Positions 26,962-38,551 of a stretch of DNA of 53,016 bases are shown one piece after another (the stretch's first letter is position 1; every line of letters begins with the position of its first letter). The DNA is from Phoronis australis (Eukaryota > Animalia > Phoronida). The translations under genes were made by a program, and so were the position numbers. The stretch is from the NCBI GenBank assembly GCA_002633005.1, contig NMRA01000431.1, positions 338,956-391,971 on the forward strand, in the 5' to 3' direction. The notes under the pieces are model-generated. The model saw only the letters and a list, made by a program, of their open reading frames with translations. It made no database searches and was not told where the DNA came from.

Positions 26962-27146
26962 TTGACTTGGTTCCTACATGCACAAGTCGTTCCAAGATTT
27001 GACTTGGTTCCTACATGCACAAGTCGTTCCAAGATTTGACTTGGTTCCTACATGCACAAGTCGTTCCAAGATTTGACTTGGTTCCTACATGCACAAGTCG
27101 TTCCAAGATTTGACTTGGTTCCTACATGCACAAGTCGTTCCAAGAT
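26962..27146. repeat. Perfect minisatellite, 37-bp unit x5 (ttgacttggttcctacatgcacaagtcgttccaagat)
   Basis: Five identical head-to-tail units with no spacers. Confidence 0.97.
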
Positions 27147-27529
27147 TGTATCGTGTAATACAAACAACAATGTCCCACATTACAACATGGGAATTATAAG
27201 AACGCAACAGGAAATCCTTGTCTGTATCCGTAAGATGTTATGTTGGTGAGCTTCTTTGTCAGGTGTGTTGCTGGCCTCAAAATTCCCGATTAGCTCTAGC
27301 AGGAGAGTCATGGAATCTGACACTGAAGTTCCTGGCTTGTACTTGATGAGACTGTACTTTAATACTAACTTTCAAATATAATTCTACATAATTTAGTCAG
27401 ACCAATCCCTAGACTCCAGAGTCGTGTAAAGAATAAAGTTTAATTCATTAGTCTAGGGTTTGAGGTTTAAATGATAAAGACAGGGAAAAAGAGGACGTTA
27501 GTCTGTATGTGACGCACGTGCATCTATAC

Positions 27530-29252
27530 TTTCATATTATTCAAAGTATTGTTGACCGTGACCTCTTGATCAATATCCAACAAAAACTACTACCACACAA
27601 GATTTTATTATTGAAAACAATGTTGGCATTTTATGTATCACAGATACGTGGCTGAAAAGCGATGCAACCGAAAATGTTATCCTGTCTGAAGTGACCATCT
27701 GGCTGAAGTGTTTTGCCTGTCCCTCGTGAAGATGGCAGACGGTGTGGTATTGTAACTGCTCAGTCAGGCCTGGTTACAAGTCTTTCAAATCACTGTAGCA
27801 CGTGCTTGTCGTTGGATCCGTTTCGCTTCTTTTCGTCTTCGTATATCGCCATCCAGGTGGCGCGTTTGAAGAATTTCTTGATGTATTCGAGACCCCCTTG
27901 GAAGATACTGTGAATGTTGGTGGCATCCCAATTTTCCTAGGGGATTTTAATGTCCAAAAAGTGAATCTTGATAGATTCTATGATCTCCTTAGATCTACGT
28001 ATAACGAGGTTAAATGAGAATTTAATTTCTGCTTTAATGTTCATCACGTTCTGATCTCTGATCATTATTCTTCTTTTAAAATGTTCTAAGCCTAAACTGA
28101 CAAAGGCTAAAATATCAGTCCATACTTTTAGAACCATTGACACGGCAGGATCCGGTTAATAGTCTGCTTGAATGTTTTCAATGTAAACAACGGTAGCGCT
28201 GATGAAGCTACTGAATGTCTCAACAACGTGTTGAAGCCAGGCTTGGATACTCGTGCTCCACTTTGGTCCAAGAACATTACGGAGTGAAAAAAAAGTCACC
28301 TAACTAAAAGGCTAGAGTTTCGGTGGCAGCGAAAACGCCAGTAATGTGAACGTTCGCTTTGGTCACTTTTGCTGGTGCTTTGCTAGAGTTTTTGAGTTCA
28401 CCCAAAACTGCTGGCGTTTCGGCTAGCTCTTCTGTTGCCAGACCGCTTACTTCAAATGACACGCATGCTCAGTGATAACAGGTTTTCGTTTCATTGTCGC
28501 GGTGGCTAAGAGCGAACGTGTTTTCAAATCAATTTTCGCTTAAAAGTGATTCAGGTGGTGATGAAAGATCGTAAACAGCTCATCTGTCTGACTGAAACGC
28601 TAACGTTCTCGCAAACCTTTTAGCCACCACTTTCGCCAGTCATGTGAACCTAGTATTAGAGAGATTGACTCTAAAACAGTATCACAATTTTAATAGTTAG
28701 TCTGTCAGCTGCTTCCCACAGTTTGAATCGTCATTTTTAATACGAAGTTTTTGGTATGTCAGATTGGTAAAAGGTGCTATCCGTCGGTCTTAGAACGTGT
28801 TTGTACATACTTATTACACCTATCCTCTGGATAGTATTGCAACAAATCACGACGCCATACCTCATTTTTACACAGACGACAACATGCTTTGCATTTCTTT
28901 TACGACCTTCGATAACGAGGTTGTAGAAATTCAAACGGTGATGGCCTGTGCCGACAACATGCATACCTGGATGGCAAATAGCGTTCTTTATAAGTCACGG
29001 TTAATGTTTTTTTTTTTGGTTCTGACAGGTTTCGTTCCAAAATTACTTCAGTGAATATAGGATCACAAACCGTTTTGACTTTGACAGATTTTCTTCTTGT
29101 CTAAGACGACTATGCCAATTTTGATTTTATCCATTTGTCATGTCTTTGCTTTTAAGTTGTATCGCGCTTAGATCATTTTAGATGGGCACACTTTAAATGT
29201 AAGCATTAAAAATAATAATGATAATGATAGTGATAATGATAATGATAATAAT
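27530..29252 (+). mobile_element. Highly degraded, internally deleted L2/CR1 LINE in a CRHBP intron (antisense to the gene)
   Basis: Endonuclease remnants CITDTWL, VYRHPG and FLGDFNV (27600-27960). RT remnant YTYPL...HFYTDD...TWMANS (28790-28990). L2-like 3' end followed by a (taatga)n tail at 29212-29252. Confidence 0.75.
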
Positions 29253-29913
29253 GTTAAACGTCGCTTGTTCAGAATTTAAACCTTACACATTATTCGAGTG
29301 TGCAATTTCAGGTCGAAATAAAAGCATGCTAAAGTTGCTACCGCCTCTTAACTTCAAGTCTTGGGTTTGGTACATACTTCATCTAACAGTTGCACAGCGC
29401 TAGTCCCCTGTACTGTATTCATTTTGAGGTACGAGGGTGCACCTAGTTCTCATAGAGGCGTAGGATTTTGTGGACGATTATAAATCATTGGTGTCGTTCA
29501 CCTACAATAGCTAGGCGTTTTGAAATTCACATGTTAGGTCAGTGAAAGCAGTTGTTTGTGAGCCCTGCTCTTAGTCCCACAACAGTTTGACTGTGTAACT
29601 AACCAAAGCTTAACATAGGGTTTGTGGTCCTGTCTGAGAAGATAATTGTTTCACTACTCCCTGTGGTTTCTGAGTAGCCGAGCCCGGAATGTTGGCGGGC
29701 TAGTTATAGTAGGGTACGTATTCCGTGAACTCCTTTCCACCACCCAGCTACCACGCCTTTCGATAAAAGTGTTGAAATAAGAAGTCCGAATGAATGAAGG
29801 TAGGTATACTTAAAGCAAATAAAGCGACATTCGCATGCTATTGAATCACTTTTAATGTGATGTAACAAGGTCACCAATAACTTCATGAGCACTCGTCTTT
29901 ACCAAATACGTAC

Positions 29914-30071
29914 GCTGACAATGGCGTCTTGCTTGCAGTCTGCATCGACAGACAACACGTCCACCTGTACCAACGTATCCGGCTCGCCCACAACGTACAT
30001 TCCGCAAACGTCCTTTCGGCCATCAGACGTGTACACGTAATCACCTTCCAGGGTCTCCATGTGTAAGCAAT
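29914..30071 (-). CDS. CRHBP: CRH-binding protein exon (DCLHMETLEGDYVYTSDGRKDVCGMYVVGEPDTLVQVDVLSVDADCKQDAIVS)
   Basis: Resembles the vertebrate CRH-BP segment CLDMLSLQGQFTF...CAAFFISEPEEFI...DC. Acceptor ctttttctttag, donor gtacgt. 158 nt, phase 1 to 0. Confidence 0.9.
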
Positions 30072-33000
30072 CTAAAGAAAAAGGGTTGGCTTTATGAATG
30101 ACCAGGTTTAAAATAAAAAGTTTCTTTACCTGGCTATTACGCCGGTGTTTTACCGCACAATGCAATTCGGGTGGTCTACGTTTTCAAACTTTAGTGCCGG
30201 CACGCCAAGTCCGTTTTAAATAATGCTTTGTGTCTTGGGTCACACTGACAAATTTGCTAAAATGTTTTCGTTTAATTATAGCTTGTCGGCTGAACTGGTT
30301 TGGCTTTACTTTCTGTTAGAAAGACGGTGTCCGGATTTTACACCATCATTGATGTTTGACCTGTTTAAAGCAATGGTTTATACTTACTTGGCTACCGGGC
30401 GGAAATTTGGGATGTTACGAAGTGTGGTCGCTTAGAGACAGCACATATCAAGTTGAGTAAGTATTGGTTCTAGTTAGCTCTTGTTAAAATGCAGCGGTAC
30501 TAGATACTCACTTAAATACCATATATTTTGTTACTGTTGTTAAACTCTGATTTTAGTGCCATCTGGTGGCCATGCCAGAACTGCTATATGTTGAACTGTT
30601 TTCATACAAATGGCAGACGCACATTTTAATGAGGTTATTTCTGTTTGCATTATAGACGGGGGTTGCTGTATTCAGGGTTGACGCTGAGAAGTTGCAGATC
30701 AGTCTTAACTGCAAATTACTTGGGTTACTTATACTTAAATACATTCATGCAAGTTACTGAGTTGTAATAATTGTTTTATTTGTAACAAGACAAGATCCCA
30801 GTGTGCTAATCAAAATCCTCTTGAAGAGTATGGACGCCATTGCACAAAACATATAGCAAACGAGTTTGTATGTTATACAATAGTCATAGTGTTGAGGAAA
30901 AATTTCACTTTCATTGGAATGTGAAATTTATTTACATCTTAAGTTTATTTGTCTTCACAGGTAAATTTGGAATCATCTTAATCGGGATACAGAACTGCCT
31001 TCCAATATTAATAACTTTTGATTTGGTATCAAATTGTTCCTTAGTAGGAGAAATGCAGGTGATTTCATGACTTCGAAAGAGCTAACTTATTTTTTCAGAA
31101 CAAGCTTATAAATTTCAAGTCACACCGTTTATTCCGATCAATGAGATCACGTTTATACTGAGTAACGACAAGACAAGACCAACTTTTCAACTGTAAGTAG
31201 CCTAAGTCAATTTTTGAAGAGAAATCACCGGATTTAAGCCGCGTTTAAATGATATACATCAGCTTTATACATTTGACAATGAAGAGGCGACCGACAGTGT
31301 GTGCATTGAATGGAACTCATCATTTGTAACTTTGTACTTTGGGTCCGTGGCCTTGTTTACCGAACAAATGAATTGGTTTGAGACTAGTGGTATCAAAAAC
31401 AAAAAATACTGTTCGTTACACTGATAGTGTGTTAAAACTTGAGTTAAACTTCAGGGATTTCAGTATTACTATGTCCATGGTAAAAAGTGATTTAATTGTT
31501 AGTTGTTGTTGACTGCCCGATTCTCAGAGTTGAGAATGCAAACAATTTGTGAGGAGTCACGTACACAGGCACAATAACAATTACCAATGCACTGAATGCA
31601 TGTTTGGATTCCCGTTCGATATTCCGTTCGATCTCAGTGAAAAATTAAGTATTTTGCTCAACATCAGAGCTTGTCTCAATTCTAGAAATTGGCAATACTG
31701 GCTGCTTCAAATTGGGAAAGATTACCCCCTCTATTGACGATGTTAGCTTTGGACCAACGTTCACATGTTGGACTCGTGCATATATGTAAATACATAATGT
31801 AATCAATTGTGCTGGGGTTTCTAATACCCACTCTGTAGATTGAAAACACATTGTCCAAAATTCGAGAAATATGGTGAACGCCAAAACCGCCATTGTCTCG
31901 AATTCCAGAATCAAGAAAATTCTTTTTTCCGGCAGTTTCCGTATCTCACTTTCTTGAGACTGTCCCAAATTTTTACAGAACTATCACTGTCGCTGTTACA
32001 CCAATAAAATTACAACTACTAGTTCTAATACTACTGCAATTTCTTAAGCTGTTACCATTACTATTAATATTGTCGTGGCTATTTCTACTGCTGGAGTTAT
32101 CACTGTAACTGGAATTACTGTTTCCATTACTGCACCTGTTCCTATCATTAAATCACTGAACGGTATTATTCGCATTGTTTAATGACCTTCATTTTAACTC
32201 AAATATCAAAAAACAAACTTCGTCAACGAGTAAAAGTGTAAATTTTCTGAAAGAAAAAAAAACAGAACTTATGAAAACATATCATTTTATATGCCATTAT
32301 TATCATTGCGTTAACACCTTCTAAGTCAAAATTTCATTTAAGGTACAATCATGGCAAAATAACTCCTTGGTCGATTTTAACGAACCCTTTTAACTTAAAA
32401 CTTCACAGTTTGCTTAAGAAAACGCTGCTAGGAATTTTCGATTACTTATTTAATTTTGTTTCTATGCCACTCGAAAAACGTAAGGTATTTTTGCAAAAAA
32501 TAGCACCCATATTCGTCTATTTCACTGAACACAGAAACTAGGCGTTTAAAAAGAAAATCCTAACAGCGTTTTTGAGATTGATGAAATTCACCGAGACGTT
32601 TTTGAACTAGTGTTCCGTAACTTCAAATTAAGTCTCTTTGCCGAAGCCGAGAAAAAGCGGCAAAATCTCAAGGTTTCCGATTAATTGTTCAGTGAAAACT
32701 TGTTTTTGGTAAATATATATAGACGCTATTTCCTTGTTAGCTATTTCAACATTCACTGGTTATGTGCAGTGGCTAGTTCACTTAATTAACACTAAAACTT
32801 TTTAATTTTTTTAAGTCATGTTTCTTGTGCCTCGAGTCAAATTATATCAAAGTAAGTAGGTCAAAAGTTCGTTGTAATACACAACACGCGCCTCGTTCAC
32901 TCAATATTATAGGGACTCACTTTATGAAAAGACTGTAGGTGCATGTACACCAGGAACTGCGCTATGCCTGGTAGGAGATTCGAAATGAGTGACAGCTCTG

Positions 33001-34571
33001 TATGTTTTGAACATGGATTAGTAGTATACAAATTTCCACGCGGTTGAAGGTGGCTCTGCTAAATCTTTTTTCTCGCTACACGGTATATATTTCATATTTG
33101 AAGTTCTCCGAGGATGAAGATAAGATATTTTGCTAGACATATGTGAAGTATGGTAAAACTGTCAATTTTTGTGAATGAAGTTTAAGAAATCCTTAAGCTG
33201 CAGTCTTTACTGGAACAAAAAGTCGTTACCGCAATCATTCATAAAATGCACTATCATTGTGCTCAAAAGGTTGCATAAAGTCACATTATTAAAATTGAGT
33301 AGATTATTTGTGTATGTTCCGTCTTGGTGAAGTTCAACAACTCTTATAAAACGGATATAATGGGTGAAGTGCTCCGCTGAGAATGACGTTGTTATGAGAG
33401 CAAACTTTTATAACATTTCGAGTTAAAATTGATAGATCTCATGAGAATGACGTCATATCCCATACATATTGACCTACAACGGTTCAGCAACAACCGCTGA
33501 GTGGAAGAAAACTCTCCAAACGAAAAGGATGATGGATTATTTGACCTGGAAATTTCCCCTTTTCCGTTTTTTGCAGCTACAATTGATTATACATGTAAAA
33601 GTCAAGAGGGCATATTGCCTCAAAAACAAGTTTTAAGTAAGACGGTGTTTCACGCACTACTGAAGTGTAATCATATATTAATCACAGGATCTTTATTTTC
33701 TGAACTTTTGACTTTAACGAAAACTTTGTTCTGTGCACATCTTCCTTAGCTCAAAAACCTTCCAAATATTAAATTTTGTGGAATGTATGAACGGAACGCT
33801 CGTCTTTAAAACAAAAAAGCTCCGGAAGGTGCGCACTGGACAATTACAAGGGTGACTGTTCATATGATCGCACTAAATGCAATAGAACAGAACGCTGTCC
33901 ATTTCCGTCGGAAAGTCTTCAAAATAACCCAAATGACGCTGTTTTGGAACATATAACAGTGAACAAGGGTCTCGAGTAGGCTGCTTACGTTCATATTCAT
34001 GCCCTGCGGTAGCTTTTCAGGAAAGTTATTCGGTCTTTATGAGACGGAATTTCCGTAGGAGTCCACTGCACGTATGATTCTCATGAAATCCGGCTAGGAA
34101 CGCTTCATTATGTGGCACGTGTGCGACATAAATGAGTGATTTAAATATTATTACAACATTCAAGTTTTAGAAAGGTGTCCGTTCCGCCCAGGTTTACTTG
34201 AAAGGAAAACCATTTAGTATACCTGAAATTCTCTTAAATAAAACATTCAAATCTTGTTTTAAATAGCTAACGACAGTAAAGATTAAAGTAAGGAAGTACA
34301 TGCAAATCAGCTTGACATTTCCATGCATGACCCATTCCTCGGGCAATGACCGTCGACGTCGGCCGACAATGGTTTATGTATTTGAAACCGACAGGCAATC
34401 TTCAGAAGGTTCGCGGATATCCGGGCAACGTAATCGTGCATACGATTATACGTGTTTATGCAGTCCCGGTCACGTGACAAGTTATTGTGCGATTGGTCCA
34501 CGATATGGTTGTAGTACGACCAGTTGCCACGGATACTGAAGTGGTCATGGTGTGAGTAATCGTGTGACAGA

Positions 34572-34727
34572 CAGTGCTGTAGTGGTACAATTAGAGGTAA
34601 GTAGACGCCCAAAGCCCACCGTATCACCTTGAGCACTGAACGTAACTTACGATGCGTAGGCGCTACGTTCAAATGCCAAAAGGTGGTAGGCGTCGCCTAC
34701 GTGCGCCTACGCCCCACTATAGCACTG
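34572..34727. mobile_element. hAT-type MITE
   Basis: TIRs cagtgctgtagtgg and ccactatagcactg. The 8-bp flanks gtgacaga and gtgacggg match at 6/8, consistent with an aged hAT TSD. Confidence 0.6.
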
Positions 34728-35037
34728 GTGACGGGCTGTACACTCGATTGCACGATCGATACAGTCGTGCGACTGGTGGAGATGGTTGTTTTTGGTTGTG
34801 CAACCCTTGTCAGTGACAGCGACAATTCGCGAACTGATCGTGGAAATCAGCGACAATTGTTGCAACTGGCTGTGTCACCAACTGTAACTGATCGAGCATA
34901 AGAGTAACTTACTTTCACGGAGCATTCGTACCAGTGGCGGATCTAGAATATCACAAGGGGGGGGCCAACATTTTGTCTGGTTGGAACCATTTGCGCAAAC
35001 TGAACCACGATTGTAGATGCGCATAGCACCGAATGGG

Positions 35038-35120
35038 GGAAAAAAATGCAGGTATCGAAGACTCGAACTCACGACCTGACTGTTAGAGCGCACGTACGTT
35101 ACCACTGCACCACCACGACT
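35038..35120 (-). repeat. tRNA-derived, SINE-like segment
   Basis: On the minus strand: A-box-like tggtgcagtgg and B-box-like gagttcgagtc, followed by a T-run. No convincing full cloverleaf. Confidence 0.4.
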
Positions 35121-37078
35121 TAACTACAACAGTCATATTGAAAGACTTACTTGTTTATGGGCCACAGCGTTTGCGCGCGAAACCTACTTCTTTTTGTAAT
35201 GCTTATTACACGTTTTATATTTTGTGCCATCAATTCTTAACAAATTTGTCGTATTTGAAATAGTCTTCAAATGCCCAAAAGACCAAATCCATTTTTCGTG
35301 TTGGCAATAATGACGGGATTGCTTTGGAAACCGTCTTAAGATAAGGTTTGACAAAGAGAGTATTGCGAGTTTCTGAGTGATTCACTAAGGCTTCGATTAA
35401 AATTCACATCTTACCAGCAGCTTCTGTTTTTTCATCGTCACTCATGTTCCACTTTCTTTAAAAAATGAAGTAAATTATCTTCATTGCACAGTGGAGCAGA
35501 CGACGGAAACGGAGTCGTAGTGCACAGCGCCGCTGCCGGTCGCATAGGATATCGCGGGTGATTCTATACTTAGCCATAGTTCCGTTACGAACGCGCCGTG
35601 TTCCGAATTTGACACTTGAAATTGGATTTGAGCCCCCCCCCCAACACTAAAACTGCACACATTTAAATCTTTTTTCATCCGTATAATTTTAATTACCGGG
35701 GTTAATTAATAAACTCACCATTTCCCTACGCTCTTACTGTTTTATTTTTTTGCGGCAGCCAAGGGGGGGGGGGCCTATGCGTACCCACACCACATGTACA
35801 TACACTGAACGCAGTTCTGGGACACACATTCATCAAATTTCCAGCAATCAGAAAGCGGATAACATGACCAATCGCAAGGTCGTGTTAGTCGCGAAAGAGA
35901 TTGAAATGTTGCAACACTGACCCAGTCTGTTGTATGACAAATTGCGTGGCCTGGTTATGCGCAACTGATTGTGCAATGACTCTCGACTGGTCGTACAACC
36001 GCATTGCATGCAGCTAAAAACTTTAAACCTGATTTTCGCAGCTGGATTTCGGTCGAATTTTCAAGCAGTGATCCTGCAGTTCCACACATATTTATTCACA
36101 AGTCGGTCGTAATGTGGTGGTATCTTCAGTGTTACCGATAGCCATGCATTGGTCGAGGACTCGGACCACGAGTAGCGGACACAATTTCGAAACCGATTCT
36201 ACGACAACAATCTGCAGACACTCGTGTACAAATGGTCTTGGCTTCTGACGACGATGACTGTTGACGCCGGCCAACAATTTAATATCGTCCGGAAGGTTGC
36301 AAATCATCGGCCAATTACCTGTCAATATCATCAAAAACATCGCCCCCAATGATTTGCCAACCCCCCGTGTTTGAGAAATTCGACAGATGTTGGAAATTTT
36401 TTGCTTAGTCGGTCGGCACTCCGAATTTGATTTTTGATACTTTTAGCCCGATTCGACAGGGCAACCGAAATTTATTTTCTTTGAATTGTGTACCGAATCT
36501 GATTACTCACTTTCGACGACAACACCAGATCGACTCCATCGATAATCTTCCGATCAGCACCCGACCATTATGACCCGGAGTTGCCCTTTTTTTCGCCCGT
36601 AAGCTTGTTGAAAGGGTGACCTCTATGCAACAGGTTGCAGGGTATTAGTTCCCGATGTAAGGCCCGCTTACAATGCTCAGCCGTCGGCGTCGCTTTGAAT
36701 ATCGTTGGAACGACGGCCCAGGTTAGCGCTTTTTGGAAGTGCTCAAGTGACCAAGAACACACCGTTGAAATGTGCTTGGACTGGTTTCAATTTTGTACAC
36801 GGACTGTTTGCAATCTTACTCGTCATTCTATTAGCATGTCAGCGAACTGGTCTAACGGCTGTCACATTACCAAAAAATATAAGGGAGTGCTAGTGTTGCA
36901 CCTCTCCTTCAGGTCTACGTGCAAGTATCATTTCCACCTGTAGCAAAATGTGCGACTAAACGGGCACGTGCAGGGCAACCTTTGAAGTTTCAACAATTAA
37001 GTCTACCGATGTCTAGCTAAAACCTAGAACATCTACATGTGCTACTGACGCAAGCATGAGAGTTTATCAATCAATCAC

Positions 37079-37235
37079 CTATTGGGAAAGCAGCATTGTC
37101 GTCAACTTTGAAAACTTCATTTTCCTGCTCTTGATCCGTATTAAACCGTTTCCATTGTTTACGTGCCTGTTGTGCATCATCTTCCAGCTCTTTTAGACGG
37201 CGCAGGGTTTGTCTACCGTTGGAAATGTTGTCGGT
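37079..37235 (-). CDS. CRHBP: CRH-binding protein, probable coding exon 2 (N-terminal extension TDNISNGRQTLRRLKELEDDAQQARKQWKRFNTDQEQENEVFKVDDNAAFPI)
   Basis: Acceptor ttgcttgtttccag and donor G|gtgatt. 157 nt, open, phase 0 to 1. Splicing to the next exon gives ...AFPI-D-CLHM. Assigned by splice and phase compatibility, not by recognisable homology. Confidence 0.65.
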
Positions 37236-38152
37236 CTGGAAACAAGCAAAGCCAGCTGTTTCATAATGATCGCAGGATAATGACAAGGTGATCATTCTCA
37301 ATACACAAATCTTAAGCACATCAAGACGTTATCTCAGCCAACACGTTGTCAGTAACATTACAACTCGCGCTGCTTCAACTATTGCTACCAGTTTCATTGT
37401 TTTTATTCCAGGTTCTCGTGCAGCATATGTGAGGAGTACAAGCTGAATCCAATGAAACAGTTATGAGAAGATGGCGTTGCTTTCACAGCAATCGTCTTCC
37501 ACATAGGAACCGACCAGTAACGACAATAGGCACCCTGTTTTCGATCATGAGTGCTTCACTTGGTTCGAGGTGTGACACATATCACACATTTTTGAAAAAC
37601 CAATTTTGAGCATCTTTTAAGAAAAAAGAAACTTATTTATTGTCATAAATCTGCTGTCATTGGAAATAATTAACATAATTACACGTCATATAGTTAAGGG
37701 ATTCGTCTTCTTCTTACCGTATGGTAACATAAACGCAATCGATAAGATCTGAAAAGACTCAATTGTTTGCTTATAAATGAAAACGGCCCATGGTGAGAAT
37801 GTAGAAATAGGCTATATTTGGGATGTTGTTTTGGTTTCTTTTACGTTTGACCTTGGAAAACACGTAACGTACAAACAGCTTGTTGATTTTTGATGTGTTG
37901 CTGGCGATTTGGAATATAAACTCTACCTTAGGCTTTGTAAAGGTTAAAATTTACCCCCCCTCCCGGGCAGGACAACAGCTTTGTCCTATCACAGCTTTTT
38001 GGGAAATGTGAGTCACGATACTTCTTCACAAAACTGTGACTTGCATGTTGTGTAAAGCATATGGTAGGATGGGGTTAGTACATATAGGTCTGTTGCTTAG
38101 TCTATTGACAGAGACAGTAAGTCTATCGATAGAGCTTAGTATGCCTTTCAAA

Positions 38153-38551
38153 AGGGCCGTCTCAGATTACACGGCGATAGAACTTTCCTTTGCCATGGAG
38201 ATACGAAAGCGCGTAACCTAGTTTTGGAAATTTGGCACATTTTCGTGGCTCTCATGATGCCGGGAAGGCGAAGAGTTTCAGATCACACATCCATGGGTAT
38301 TTGACCAGTTTATCAAAATTTTTCACGTCGGAGTTGCAGCCCACAGTACAGCAGTGCAACACTCCGTTGGCATTGGAAGGACGAATAGAATAATGCAACG
38401 GAGAAAATCTTGCGAAGAATCCGCCAACAACAAAGAACATGTAACTCCAGTGACACGAAAACGAGGCAACAAATGTGTCTGACGGATCGTCACGGCTTTG
38501 TGGGTAAATACAGCGACATTCGAGTGTCGCTGTGTAATCCGGGACAGCCCT
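38153..38551. mobile_element. MITE family copy A (TIR agggccgtcYcRgattacacRgcga)
   Basis: TIRs of about 25 bp. The whole body aligns by eye, in reverse complement, to 43614-43976. Confidence 0.85.

Noticed and set aside
26962-27146. 37-bp repeats as a CRISPR array
   Set aside because: The units are contiguous with no spacers, there are no cas genes, and the context is a eukaryotic intron.
31893-32150. Hydrophobic Leu-rich ORF as a membrane peptide
   Set aside because: It arises from a degenerate low-complexity act/att trinucleotide tract.
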